A stretch of 64,000 bases of DNA from Candidatus Hydrogenedentota bacterium. Lineage in GTDB: Bacteria > Hydrogenedentota > Hydrogenedentia > Hydrogenedentales > SLHB01. The notes beneath the pieces are model-generated. The model did not search any database, was not told the origin of the DNA, and saw nothing but the letters and a program-made list of their open reading frames with translations. The DNA lies in contig CAXXTH010000017.1 of NCBI GenBank assembly GCA_963668025.2, forward strand, positions 320,001 through 384,000, written 5' to 3'. Shown here in pieces: positions 18,478-28,955 of this stretch; position 1 is the first letter of the stretch, and every line of letters begins with the position of its first letter. The position numbers and the translations under genes were made by a program.

Positions 18478-21400
18478 ATGATGCCTGAACAATTCGGACC
18501 GGACGAATCTGTAACGCGGCCTTGGTTTGGAATCTTCCCGCCAAGCACCCAGCATATCACTTCCAATGACCCCATCAGCCGGAACATCAACGCTATTGAA
18601 TCCTGGCTCTATTCAGATGTAGAACCTATCAAAGGATGGGAATCCCATTGCGATAACAATCGCAAACAAATTGTTACCGACGAATCCATCAAACCACCCC
18701 AGGCGTTGGGATGGCCTGATATACTTGAAAACACGAATACTCTATTTCGCTGCACGGCGCGCATGCCCGAGCGTTTCGCAGGTAAACGGGTGTCTCTGAT
18801 GCTCGAGTCTTACGAAAATGGCCTTCTATTGGTCAATGGAGAGCCGTATTACGGCATCACTCCCCTGGGCAATACCCTATTGATTACGCCATCCGCAGTG
18901 AGTGGAGAGGAGTATCAGTTTGAACTGAGGATTTGCAGTGATAGCGCAATAATGCCTGAATCCTGCTTCGCGGTGGCGGATCCCGAAATGATGGAAATCT
19001 ATTGGGATTTCCTCTGCGCGTACACGGCTATGTCTTCCACGACAATGAGCCCCGAGGTACGTGATTATTTGAGAAATGCGCTTCTCCTCTCATTTGAGCA
19101 ATATGACCGTAACGAAACCAAGTACGAAGCTTTCCGCCAGCAGGCGCTCCGTGCGCATACTGTGTTGCGTGAAGCCGTTTATGACCCGGCGCAGGCCTCC
19201 CGCCACCGCATCGGCCTTATCCATGCGGTGGGCCATGCGGATATTGATATACGGGAAACCTGTGATGAAGAAGCGCGTATGCGTCAGATGGGGCGTATCT
19301 GTTCGAGCGTCTTGCACCTTATGGAACAGCACCCGGATTTCCGATTCGCCCAGCACCAGCCGTTCTTGTACGCGGAAATGAAGAATGCTTATCCGGGATT
19401 GTTCGAGCAAGTGAAAGAGCGCGTGCGCGAGGGACGCTGGGAAGCCATGGGCGCATTCTATACCGAGCCGGACGGCACGCTCCTCTCGGGCGAATCATTC
19501 ATCCGGCAAATCCTATTCAGCATGCATTTCTACGAACAGGAATTCGGCGTCACACCCCGCACCGCATGGCTGCCGGAAGAGATGGGGTTGATGTGGACAC
19601 TGCCCCAAATACTCGTGCGTTCCGGCTTCCGTTTTGCCGCCATGCCCAAGATGGCCGCATGCGAAGAAGCTCAGGCAACGCATGCGTTCTGGTGGGAGGG
19701 CCCCGATGGCAGCCGCATCTTCAGTATCGCACTGCCTGCGGATACCTCCGGTAAAATATTGCCGGAGCGCCTGCTCACACACTGGCGGCAATACTCGGAC
19801 AAATTCACCCTCCGCGAGAGCCTATATGTATACGGCTCGAACAGCGGGCCGGATACGGAAATGCTCGAATCCATCAAGCGCTTCCAGGATTTCCCTGGCA
19901 TGGCGCCCATCCGGCATTCCACGGCCAGCGAATGCTTCGAACGCTTATTCGAGCGTACGCCTAACGCCCATTTGCCTGTCATAAATGACGAATGCGGCGT
20001 CGAGAGGAGCCGGGGCGCTTATTCCGCCAACACCCTCTTCAAAAAACTCCACCGGTGCAGCGAGATCGTCTTCCGTAAAGCGGAAATGTTCTCCTGTTTC
20101 GCTGGAGGAGCCTATCCCAGCGAAGTGCTGCATCAAGGATGGAAAACGCTTTTTACCAATCAATACCTTGCCCCCCCACGCGAAGATTCGTCCGAATCGT
20201 ATTATGCACCTATTCAAATCGGTGAGAAGACATTGCGTGAGGCATATAGCTCGATTCTGGAGCGCATCGATACGCGCGGCGGCGGATACACGTCGGCCGT
20301 GGTTTTTAACAGCCAGCATTTCGAGCGCAACGGCCTAGTCTATCTTGATTATACGGACGAGCGCCGGGAAAACCTTCACGTGGCGCTGGCCAACGGCGAG
20401 ACCGTGCTTTACCAAATCATCGAGCATTTTGAGACCGGCAAACGCATGCTCGTGCTTCAGCCTAAGGGCGTGCCGCCTTTCGGATACAAGCTGTACCACA
20501 TTTTACGCATCAGCAAAGGCGCGGCGAATGCGCCTGAATACGCCTCGCCGCTGCGCGTGACGCCCACCACCCTTGATAATGAGCATATCCGCGCCACGTT
20601 CAACTCACGGGGTGAACTCATCTCTCTGTTCGATAAAGAGACCCAGCGCGAGTGTATCGATCCCGTGAAGCGAGGCAATGTATTCCGCCTTTTCGAGGAC
20701 AAATCCAGCTACAGTTTCCTTTCAATGGATGTGGATAACAAATCCCAACCGGCAGCCACGGAGCCGGCATGGGGCTGGAACGAGTTGGACATGACGGGCG
20801 ATGTCCAAATGGAAGTCATCGAAGAAGGCCCCCTGCGCGCGGCCATCCAGGTTACACGCACCGTCAGCCAGTCAAAAATCATCCAACGCATTACTCTCGC
20901 CCGTGAAGGAAAGCGGCTTGATTTCGAAACCTGCATCGAGTGGCGGAAGATGTGTACCCTTCTTCAAGTGCAATTCAATACCACTATCCGGGCGCGCATG
21001 GCCACATATGACATCCCCTTCGGCGTAATCGAACGCTCGGCGGCGCGCGGCAGCGCATACGGCGATGCTCCCTGCGAGACACCCGCGCATTTCTGGATGG
21101 ACATGTCGCAGCCGGATTATGGCCTTAGCCTATTGAATGACGGCCGATACGACCATGAAGCCCATGGACAAATGATGGCTCTAACGCTCTTGAACAGCTC
21201 CATTTTCTCGAAGCGGTCTGACATCGAAGACCGGTTTTGGTTCACCTATTCGCTATATCCCCATGCCGGTTCGTGGCGGGAAGGGCGCACCCACGAGCAA
21301 GCGCTGGATCTGAATGACCCCGTGGACGCCGTATTCGTCGATTCGCATCCGGGCGAATTGCCGCCAGAACATTCTTTCGTTCAGATACAAGCCCGCACCA

Positions 21401-21633
21401 GCGCGCTTGAAGCCTTTAAACAGGCCGAAGAAGGAGCCTGGCTCATCCTGCGGATAGCCGAGCGCCAAGGAGCGCAAGATAACGTCCGCGTGGCATTCGC
21501 GCAACATCTGGACACCGTACACGAGTGCAATCTCCTCGAACGGGAAGATACGCCAATCGTCCATGACGGACAGCAGTTCGAGTTCACGATCCGCCCCTTC
21601 GAGATCCGTACATTCAAGGTGCGAATGGCGTGA
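18478..21633 (+). CDS. GH38 alpha-mannosidase-like protein with degenerate active site
   Basis: GH38 architecture (EGRWE..GAFYTEPD..LSGES.IRQ, FWWEGPDGSRI, ATYDIPFG..ER, YGLSLLNDG, RPFEIRTF), but metal and catalytic residues are substituted. Confidence 0.85.
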   Translation: MMPEQFGPDESVTRPWFGIFPPSTQHITSNDPISRNINAIESWLYSDVEPIKGWESHCDNNRKQIVTDESIKPPQALGWPDILENTNTLFRCTARMPERFAGKRVSLMLESYENGLLLVNGEPYYGITPLGNTLLITPSAVSGEEYQFELRICSDSAIMPESCFAVADPEMMEIYWDFLCAYTAMSSTTMSPEVRDYLRNALLLSFEQYDRNETKYEAFRQQALRAHTVLREAVYDPAQASRHRIGLIHAVGHADIDIRETCDEEARMRQMGRICSSVLHLMEQHPDFRFAQHQPFLYAEMKNAYPGLFEQVKERVREGRWEAMGAFYTEPDGTLLSGESFIRQILFSMHFYEQEFGVTPRTAWLPEEMGLMWTLPQILVRSGFRFAAMPKMAACEEAQATHAFWWEGPDGSRIFSIALPADTSGKILPERLLTHWRQYSDKFTLRESLYVYGSNSGPDTEMLESIKRFQDFPGMAPIRHSTASECFERLFERTPNAHLPVINDECGVERSRGAYSANTLFKKLHRCSEIVFRKAEMFSCFAGGAYPSEVLHQGWKTLFTNQYLAPPREDSSESYYAPIQIGEKTLREAYSSILERIDTRGGGYTSAVVFNSQHFERNGLVYLDYTDERRENLHVALANGETVLYQIIEHFETGKRMLVLQPKGVPPFGYKLYHILRISKGAANAPEYASPLRVTPTTLDNEHIRATFNSRGELISLFDKETQRECIDPVKRGNVFRLFEDKSSYSFLSMDVDNKSQPAATEPAWGWNELDMTGDVQMEVIEEGPLRAAIQVTRTVSQSKIIQRITLAREGKRLDFETCIEWRKMCTLLQVQFNTTIRARMATYDIPFGVIERSAARGSAYGDAPCETPAHFWMDMSQPDYGLSLLNDGRYDHEAHGQMMALTLLNSSIFSKRSDIEDRFWFTYSLYPHAGSWREGRTHEQALDLNDPVDAVFVDSHPGELPPEHSFVQIQARTSALEAFKQAEEGAWLILRIAERQGAQDNVRVAFAQHLDTVHECNLLEREDTPIVHDGQQFEFTIRPFEIRTFKVRMA

Positions 21634-21667
21634 ATCGCGTACGGACAGTCTGGCATATCGAAGCGTG

Positions 21668-24373
21668 ATGATACGTCTGCAAATGCATAACAGGCCTTGC
21701 CAAGCTGCATGCGCCACCGTAGCAATGCTTCTATGCCTGATAATGCTGTATGCGGACGCGGAGCGCCCGCCCGAGGCGGCAGTGCCAGGCGTATTGCTTT
21801 CCACGACCATGCTTCCGGCAGACGCTGCCGCCGATGCGCCCCGCTGGGCGGCGGCGGGTTTTCGAGGATTTCTGTTCACGGGCTTTCAACCCGATGCGCT
21901 GACGGATCTGGGCGAGGAGCCGGAAGAGGCCCAAATAGCCAGTGCGGGCGCGGCGGCAATCCATCTATTGTATGCCAAGCTCGACCAGAATTTTCTCGTT
22001 TTCCCCTTAGCGCCCGAAATGCCCTTCTTTGCCGATGACACCCTAGCGGCGGATACCGTACGGCATATCGGCCACGCCACCCGGTTCGCCATGCGGACCG
22101 GCATGGCCGGAATCGCCATCGAGACCTGCTCCGAGAGCCTCTTCCATGACTATCAATGGTCCGGTTACGATTGGAAAACCACACCTCCCGACGAACTGGC
22201 CCGCCGCGCGAAAGCTTTTGGCCGTGATGCGGCCCTGGCCGCCGCACACGCGTATCCGCGCGCCCAATTGCTGCTGATCGCCGATTCCTTGGAGATGGCA
22301 TCTCCGTTGTGGTTTCGCCTGTTCGAGGGCGTCGTGGCGGGCGCGCGCGAGGCGGGATTGGATGGGCCCCACCTGCTTCTCCGTGCGAATGCCGAATTGG
22401 CCAGCCATCAAGAGCTGCACGCCTTCTCCAACCGCGCGCAACGCCTGCTCACAAACACACTCCCAGGGAAAAGCCAGGAATACTGGCTCCATGCCGGTTC
22501 CATCGGCTTATGTTTACAGCCTTTTGATATGGCTAAAGCAGACGCCTTAATCCCACGCCTGCCCATCGAATCCTTCCGTGTGCAGCGCCTGGCGGCGCGC
22601 CTGTTCTCCGGGCGGTATGCGTGGGTGGAAAGCCCGGCTCTTCCATGGTGGGCGCCGCCAGAGGAACAGGCGGAACCTGAAAATGGCGGGACGCCTAAGC
22701 CTGCCGACGGCCTGACGCCCTACACGGTGGGAACGCCTATCGACACGGCCGTGCGAGCTGGAGCCTTCACGTATCAAGACGCACCTGCGTATGCATTACG
22801 CGGCGAAAAAGGCGCATCAGTGGTTTTCTGGAATGGGCTGGGCGAATCCATCCAAGTTGAACAGGCGACGGAAATGTTCACGGCCATCGACATCGCCACC
22901 GGCGCACCGGTAAAGCTCGAGGCCGCTGATGGCTCAATGAAGGCAGCTCCCGTTTCAAACGCCGTGCTGGCCAATGGCCTCCCCTTTCGAGAATGGGGAT
23001 TGCCGTATACCTTATGGGCGGATTGCGATGGGGCCGTTCGCTCCTCCATGCCAGTGTCTTTCGGCGTGGCCAATCGCGCGCCGGTGGCGCTGAATGGACT
23101 ATTGAACGCCACAGTAAAAGACTACGGCGGTATCGAACCCGAATCGCAGCCCATCACACTGGAACCCAGCCAAGACTTCGAGGCGGCGGGCGTCTTCTCC
23201 TCGACAATACGGCCCGGCGGGAGCGTGCGGCTCGGTTTTCATTTGGCCCTCGCGTCCGGAGGCTCCGCGTCCCGTGCGTTTACCTTTCCTACGTATCCCG
23301 CTCCCAGATGGCGGACGGCTTTGAATACGCCCGTTGCGGGCAGCCTCCTCCTCCACGATTTAAACGGTGATGGTTCGCAGGAAATCGTGGCATGCACCTG
23401 TGACGGCGAGGTGGCGTGCCTGGACTGCGATGGCAAGCTTCTCTGGCGTGTTTGGCTGCCGGTCCGATTCTCGTATGGCCCCGTGGCGTGCCCATTATAT
23501 CCTCAAGGCGTCCTGGTGGCGGTCCAGGATCAGGACGGCATCGTGCATGCCTTCACACCCACGGGCCGGCTTTCGTGGGAGTTGGATATGGAACGCGCCC
23601 AACCTAGCGCCCCCATGCTTTCCGGCGATTTGACGGGGGATCCCAATAACGAATTGGTGGCGGCGTTCGATAACGGCGCGGTGCTGGCCATTGGTGCGGA
23701 CGGAAAACAAGCTTGGCGCTACGAGTCGGGCGGAACCCAGCCGCGCACCGCGCTGGCCGACATATCGGGCGACGGACGCCCGGAAGTGTTTATCATTTGC
23801 GCTGGCGGCGCTCCCGCCCAATGCCTCACTCGAAGCGGCGCACTGCTCTGGCGCACCCAAGCCCGTGTGAAAACAAGCTGTGTCCCTCTCGCGCAAGATG
23901 TGGACGGAGACGGCTGGATGGACTTGGCCATAGGCAAGCCCGATGGCGGCATCGAGATCCGCGACGCCTTGTTGGGGCGTATTAAGCTACAGGCCGTGCT
24001 CGAACCGCCTGAACCAATACGGAGCCTCACCGCTGCTCCTTCCGCGCATGCGCCTGGATACGAATTGATTGTATCTGGCGCTTCGGCGATTACCTGCCTT
24101 ACTCCGCGGCTCGAACTCGTATGGCAGACGCCCCTTGCATGCAGCGCCGCCCCGGTGACGGTCAGCACGAAAACGGTAGCAGGCCTCCTGGTTTCCACGA
24201 TGGATGGCCAGTTTATTTTACTCGACGCCAGCGGCCGCCGTTTATGGAGCACGCCACCGGAAGGCGGCCCGTTACTGCCGCCTCCCGCGATACTGGATAA
24301 CGAGGGCGCTGGCCCCCCGGAATGGCTTGCCGCATTCCCGCATTTCACGCTCCAAGCGGCTCCGTTGGAATGA
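21668..24373 (+). CDS. Secreted protein with C-terminal FG-GAP/PQQ-like beta-propeller
   Basis: Hydrophobic N-terminus; DLNGDGSQEIV, DLTGDPNNELV, DISGDGRPEV and DVDGDGWMDL repeats alternating with G..W motifs. Confidence 0.75.
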   Translation: MIRLQMHNRPCQAACATVAMLLCLIMLYADAERPPEAAVPGVLLSTTMLPADAAADAPRWAAAGFRGFLFTGFQPDALTDLGEEPEEAQIASAGAAAIHLLYAKLDQNFLVFPLAPEMPFFADDTLAADTVRHIGHATRFAMRTGMAGIAIETCSESLFHDYQWSGYDWKTTPPDELARRAKAFGRDAALAAAHAYPRAQLLLIADSLEMASPLWFRLFEGVVAGAREAGLDGPHLLLRANAELASHQELHAFSNRAQRLLTNTLPGKSQEYWLHAGSIGLCLQPFDMAKADALIPRLPIESFRVQRLAARLFSGRYAWVESPALPWWAPPEEQAEPENGGTPKPADGLTPYTVGTPIDTAVRAGAFTYQDAPAYALRGEKGASVVFWNGLGESIQVEQATEMFTAIDIATGAPVKLEAADGSMKAAPVSNAVLANGLPFREWGLPYTLWADCDGAVRSSMPVSFGVANRAPVALNGLLNATVKDYGGIEPESQPITLEPSQDFEAAGVFSSTIRPGGSVRLGFHLALASGGSASRAFTFPTYPAPRWRTALNTPVAGSLLLHDLNGDGSQEIVACTCDGEVACLDCDGKLLWRVWLPVRFSYGPVACPLYPQGVLVAVQDQDGIVHAFTPTGRLSWELDMERAQPSAPMLSGDLTGDPNNELVAAFDNGAVLAIGADGKQAWRYESGGTQPRTALADISGDGRPEVFIICAGGAPAQCLTRSGALLWRTQARVKTSCVPLAQDVDGDGWMDLAIGKPDGGIEIRDALLGRIKLQAVLEPPEPIRSLTAAPSAHAPGYELIVSGASAITCLTPRLELVWQTPLACSAAPVTVSTKTVAGLLVSTMDGQFILLDASGRRLWSTPPEGGPLLPPPAILDNEGAGPPEWLAAFPHFTLQAAPLE

Positions 24374-24378
24374 CCGCT

Positions 24379-25299
24379 TTATTCCGCGGGCGGCTGGATA
24401 TCAGGCGCGCTCGTGGATTCCGGCGCAGCCGGGGCCGCTGGCGCTGCAGGGGATTCTGAACCGGGCGCGGCGGCCTCACCCGTGCTATTTCGCTCACGAA
24501 TGGCGGCCACCGCCTCGCTGGCCGCATTAACTACATTCGCCCCCACCACCACGCCTTTCGAAAAATCCTCGAGCGGATGAATTTGAGCAGGCGTTCCGAA
24601 TTGGCCCAGCGTCTTGATAATCGCCAAACGGGTGCTGTCCCAAGGCACTTTATACAGGGCGTCAGTCAGAATCTCCATATCGAGCATATCAGGCGGAACC
24701 TGGCACAATGCATAAGCCACCCGATCCCGTTCAAAGAGCTTAACCTTGGGATCGCGATACAATGACTTGAGCTGGTTCACCGCATTCGGATCACCCAGAG
24801 CCGCTAATCCGCCCAGCGCGGCAATCTTGACTCGATTGTCACTATCGGAAGCAGCCGTTTCCAGCAAGGGCCGCAAATCCTGGCGAAGCGCCGCGGAAAG
24901 AATCTGAGCGGCGCACGCGCGCGTGGTGGCGTCTTGTGAAGCATCCAGAAGCGGCTTCACTCGATTGATGGCCAAACTGCCATCTTCATCCATTTGGGTT
25001 ACCGGTTCGAGCGTTATTGTAGCAAGCACCTTCAAAGCGGGAGTGCTATCCGGACTCTCGAGCGCCTTCAATACGGGATCAAGAGATTCTGGGCCTCCCG
25101 CGGCAAGTTCGTTCCCCAGTTCGGCGGCGCGCTGATTCCCAATGTTCACATCCGGATTCTGCGCCAATTGCCGCCACTCATCAATGGCGGCCTTCGCCTG
25201 CTCTTTTTCAACAGAAACAATCTCCGCTTTCTTGCAGCCGCCAACGGCCGCCAATGCAAATATGCACAGAGCTGCATACCAAAAACGTCGCTGATACAT
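24379..25299 (-). CDS. HEAT-repeat lipoprotein
   Basis: Lipobox-like LAAVGGC; HEAT-like DSDNRVKIAALGGLAALG; Pro/Ala-rich tail. Confidence 0.75.
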   Translation of the reverse strand: MYQRRFWYAALCIFALAAVGGCKKAEIVSVEKEQAKAAIDEWRQLAQNPDVNIGNQRAAELGNELAAGGPESLDPVLKALESPDSTPALKVLATITLEPVTQMDEDGSLAINRVKPLLDASQDATTRACAAQILSAALRQDLRPLLETAASDSDNRVKIAALGGLAALGDPNAVNQLKSLYRDPKVKLFERDRVAYALCQVPPDMLDMEILTDALYKVPWDSTRLAIIKTLGQFGTPAQIHPLEDFSKGVVVGANVVNAASEAVAAIRERNSTGEAAAPGSESPAAPAAPAAPESTSAPDIQPPAE

Positions 25300-25498
25300 T
25301 GCTGATCTCCCCACCATGCTATAGCTGCTTTCCTGGGCGGCGCACGCATGCGCCTCATAAAGAAACACCATACGTATTTGCCGCCGGGGATGCAACTTGC
25401 TTTTTCAAATTGGGTGTGCGCCATGATTGTGTTTCGTTGCGTCCAGATGTTTTTTGCGGTATAATTTTGTGTCTGTATAGACACAAATGGAGGCCGCC

Positions 25499-25849
25499 AT
25501 GAACATTGAGACGATTGAAGCGCAACGGGAATGTATTTTGGGGCAGATGCGCGCCATTCGAAGCGCCCACCCGGGCGGCGTGTCGGAGCAAATGGTCAAG
25601 GGCACACGCAAGGACATGCCGGAGGCCGTGGAACGGGGACCTTATTACTCCCTGCAGTGGTACGAGCAGGGAAAGCCCCGGCGGCAGCGGCTGCGAAGTC
25701 CCGAGGACGTGCGGCGCGCCCGTGAACAGACGGACAACAGCAAGCGTATTCACGAACTCGCCGAACGCTTTTGCGAGCTGACACAACAGCTCGGAGAGCT
25801 TGAGCGCGACAAGGAGGCCGCCCACGAGCGGCAAAAAAAAGGGCTCTAG
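25499..25849 (+). CDS. IS helper ORF (DUF6788-like)
   Basis: GGAGG RBS; GPYYSLQWYEQGK motif; ends in an A8G run just before the transposase. Confidence 0.75.
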   Translation: MNIETIEAQRECILGQMRAIRSAHPGGVSEQMVKGTRKDMPEAVERGPYYSLQWYEQGKPRRQRLRSPEDVRRAREQTDNSKRIHELAERFCELTQQLGELERDKEAAHERQKKGL

Positions 25850-25872
25850 TCGAACTGGAAAGGTCCGCGGAA

Positions 25873-27186
25873 ATGTCGCGGGCGCTGGCGCTAGTCCGCC
25901 GGGACCGCGGCGTGGACTTTGAAGCAACGGAGAAACTCATCCGCACCGCCGCCCTGGAAGGCGCGGGAAAGACGCTGGCCGTCCTGTTCGACAAGGCAAA
26001 CGCCATTGTCCAGGGCCAGGAGCATGCGTGCCCGCTGTGCGGCCATCCCATGCGCCGCGCGGGCATGCGGGCCAGGCGCATCACGACCATTCTGGGGAAC
26101 GTCACGCAGGAGCGCGCGATGTACCGCTGCCCATGCGGGGCCACCGCCTATCCAGCGGACGAACTGCTGGATGTCGCGGGCACTTCGCGTTCGCCCGGCG
26201 TCAGGCGAATGACGGCGCGCCTTGGCGCGCGGGAAAGCTTCGCGGACGCCGCCGGGGATCTAAAAGAACTGGCGGGCATCAGCGTGAGCGCCAAGGACTG
26301 CGAGCGGTCCAGCGAGCAGACGGGAGCGGACGTGGCCGCGTGGGAAAAGCAGCGGCGCGGGCATCCGTCAAACCCCGCGCAGCCCAGCACCGGCGATGAG
26401 ATTCCCGTCCTGTACATCGAAATGGACGGCACGGGGGTTCCCGTCGTCAAGTCCGAAACGGACGGGCGCAAGGGAAAGGCGCAAGACGGATCCGCCAAAA
26501 CCCGTGAGGCCAAAATCGGATGCGTCTTCACACAAACCAGCACGGACGAGAAGGGGGAGCCGGTGCGCGACCCCGGCAGCACCACCTTTTCCGGCGCCGT
26601 GGAAAACGCCGAAGCCTTTGCAGGCCGCATCTTCGCCGAAGCCCAGCGCCGTGGACTGGAACGCGCGCAAAAGGTGGTGGTCCTTTCCGACGGCGCGCAA
26701 TGGATAGCGAACATCGCCGCCGACTACTTCCCCGGGGCCGTTCACATCCTCGACCTGTATCACGCACTGGAACACCTGGCGCTGTTGTGCGCGCTGCTCT
26801 TTGGGAAGACCACTGAGCTGGGGATGCGGATGCGCCAAAGCCTCAGCGAACTCGTGCGGCAGGGAGAGGCCGCGCAGGCCCTGGAGCTACTGCGGCCACA
26901 CATGCCCAGCCACGACGATGACGGCAAGGCGGCCTGGGAACATTTTCTGTATCTGGGCAGCCGCGCCCACATGATGCGCTATGCCGAATTCCGGGAACAA
27001 AAACTGTTCGTCGGCTCCGGCGTCATAGAGGCCGGCTGCAAAAATGTTGTAGGAAAACGGCTCAAGCAGTCCGGAATGAGATGGACGGTCAACGGTGCAA
27101 ACAAGATCATTACGCTACGATGCGCCTTCTTGAACAGAGACTTCGAAGACTTCTGGGCCGACAGAGCTAGGAAAGATGCCGCATGA
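25873..27186 (+). CDS. ISKra4-family transposase
   Basis: CPLCG zinc knuckle; YIEMDGTGVP, REAKIGCVF, LSDGAQWI, LDLYHA and GSGVIEAGCK..VGKRLKQSGMRW motifs. Confidence 0.92.
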   Translation: MSRALALVRRDRGVDFEATEKLIRTAALEGAGKTLAVLFDKANAIVQGQEHACPLCGHPMRRAGMRARRITTILGNVTQERAMYRCPCGATAYPADELLDVAGTSRSPGVRRMTARLGARESFADAAGDLKELAGISVSAKDCERSSEQTGADVAAWEKQRRGHPSNPAQPSTGDEIPVLYIEMDGTGVPVVKSETDGRKGKAQDGSAKTREAKIGCVFTQTSTDEKGEPVRDPGSTTFSGAVENAEAFAGRIFAEAQRRGLERAQKVVVLSDGAQWIANIAADYFPGAVHILDLYHALEHLALLCALLFGKTTELGMRMRQSLSELVRQGEAAQALELLRPHMPSHDDDGKAAWEHFLYLGSRAHMMRYAEFREQKLFVGSGVIEAGCKNVVGKRLKQSGMRWTVNGANKIITLRCAFLNRDFEDFWADRARKDAA

Positions 27187-27598
27187 AAGCACAATTGGGA
27201 CGCACACCCTTTCAAATTCACGTAGAGTATTCCAGAATATGACCTTTCTGATTATTCCGTTTGTTCAATATTCCTATTTACGGGCCTTCAATTTCTCCCG
27301 TTTGCGTTTCAAAGCCCCCATCCGTATGCCTCTATCGAGATTTGATCTTTTCATCACATTTCGTGCTGTGAATTAGGTATACTTGTAAAGAGATAGGAAA
27401 AACGCCAGGCCATGCCGCATACGCTCCACCCAGATTTAGAAATGAATGATTTCATAAATAGGTTTACATTTTTTATACTTTTTGTTATTATACTTCGCGG
27501 AGTAAGCGACGTAGACGGGGAATATTGAATTAGCGCGGCTCGAATGGTTCGGCCTGGCGGCGGGATGGGGCGCTTCATCCTATAAGGAGGAGCTCGGT

Positions 27599-28120
27599 AT
27601 GCCCAGGCAGTGGTTTTTAGTGATGGATGAGGAAGGTGAGACGCCGCTGAGCCGTGCTCGGAAAAGTGGCCATCTCTCGTTGACAGAGCTCATGCTCCGG
27701 CAAGAAGTCGAAGACGCTCCAGAATCAGGGGCAGGCGAGACCTTGCTCCAGCGTGCGGCCTATTGGGGCCTCGATAATGCCGTCAAGCGCCTCCTGGAAG
27801 CCGGTGCGGATCCAATGGAGCACGACCGGCAAGGGGAGACTCCCTTGCATAAAGCAGGGCGGCGGGGGCATATCGATGCCGTACGCGCCTTGCTCGAACG
27901 GGGTGCGGATGTCAACGCCCGCAACCGGTTCGGGATGACGCCGCTGCATTGGGCGGCGTTGAACGGGCGGGCGGATGTAGCGGAGATCCTCGTGGCGTCC
28001 GGCGCGGATGTCAATGCACGGGACCGCCACACAGGCGGGCTTACGCCTTTGGGGCTTGCCATGCTGATGGGGTATGACAAGCTGGTGCAACTATTAGACG
28101 GCCATGGCGGCACGTGGTAA
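27599..28120 (+). CDS. Ankyrin-repeat protein
   Basis: GETPL, GETPLHKA, GMTPLHWAA and GLTPL ankyrin repeats. Confidence 0.9.
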   Translation: MPRQWFLVMDEEGETPLSRARKSGHLSLTELMLRQEVEDAPESGAGETLLQRAAYWGLDNAVKRLLEAGADPMEHDRQGETPLHKAGRRGHIDAVRALLERGADVNARNRFGMTPLHWAALNGRADVAEILVASGADVNARDRHTGGLTPLGLAMLMGYDKLVQLLDGHGGTW

Positions 28121-28156
28121 AGCCCGCATAACCCAAACAAACAGGACACGCCTGTC

Positions 28157-28297
28157 TTAGCGATCTGCCGCGTTCTGCAAGGCTTTCCCGCCTTCCTGCA
28201 AATCGAGGCCGGCTCCTCGCATCGTATTACATCCCATCAATGACATCGCCGCCAAAACCATGGCGAACAGCCAAATAAATATGCCGCAAAATTTCAT
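28157..28297 (-). CDS. Entericidin EcnA/B-family lipoprotein (46 aa; below the ORF-track cutoff)
   Basis: MKFCGIFIWLFAMVLAAMSLMGCNTMRGAGLDLQEGGKALQNAADR*; the CNT..G.G.D....G pattern; GAAGGAGG RBS. Confidence 0.85.
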   Translation of the reverse strand: MKFCGIFIWLFAMVLAAMSLMGCNTMRGAGLDLQEGGKALQNAADR

Positions 28298-28406
28298 GCG
28301 CCCTCCTTCATGTATCCAAACCTCCTAAAATGATAAGAAACCGTTTCTAAAACGTCAAGTTTTCGGATTCTTGCGAGAGTCCTTGCGGGCGGCTATACTC
28401 ATACCC

Positions 28407-28955
28407 ATGAACTATTGGCTGGCATTTCTTTTCGTCTGCATCCCCGCGCAGATGCCCGGGCGTGATGCCCCGCACACCTATGAGTTTCAACTCAAAAAGG
28501 GCGAGCCCCAGTACGGATTCATTAAAAGCGAAGATGACACCCAATATGTGGTGGAGCTGGATGAGCCCTCTTTGGCGCCCGGAACCGCCACCGCCATCAA
28601 AAAAGACGACCTGGTCATGAAGGCCGCCGAGACTCCTCAAGAACGCGAAACCCGCATTGATGCCTTGCTCAACGCCCGAAACATGGTGCGCGCCGTTCTC
28701 CCCGATGGCCGGTGGCTCCCCGTGTCCAAACCAGAATATGCCCTCGCCCAGCGCGCCCGGCAAATGGCTATCGAAGTGGGCGCATTTCAAGACGCCCAAG
28801 ACGGAACGCCGCAGGAAAAAACTTGGCGGCTTCAGCCTGCTGAGAATTCCGAATCCCCTGCCCTGCATCCCAAACGCATCATTGTAGCCGCCGCGCTGGC
28901 CATGGCTTCCATCGCGCTTGCCGCCGTGATTCTCCGGAAAATTGTGCTCACTTGA
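28407..28955 (+). CDS. Hypothetical protein with signal peptide and C-terminal TM helix
   Basis: Hydrophobic N- and C-termini, basic residues after the TM. Confidence 0.6.
   Translation: MNYWLAFLFVCIPAQMPGRDAPHTYEFQLKKGEPQYGFIKSEDDTQYVVELDEPSLAPGTATAIKKDDLVMKAAETPQERETRIDALLNARNMVRAVLPDGRWLPVSKPEYALAQRARQMAIEVGAFQDAQDGTPQEKTWRLQPAENSESPALHPKRIIVAAALAMASIALAAVILRKIVLT

Larger units (their letters stand above)
25412..27209 (+). mobile_element. Intact ISKra4/ISLre2-like insertion sequence (1798 bp)
   Basis: IRs GGGTGTGCGCCATGATTGTG / CACAATTGGGACGCACACCC; 9-bp TSD TTTCAAATT at 25403-25411 and 27210-27218. Confidence 0.92.
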
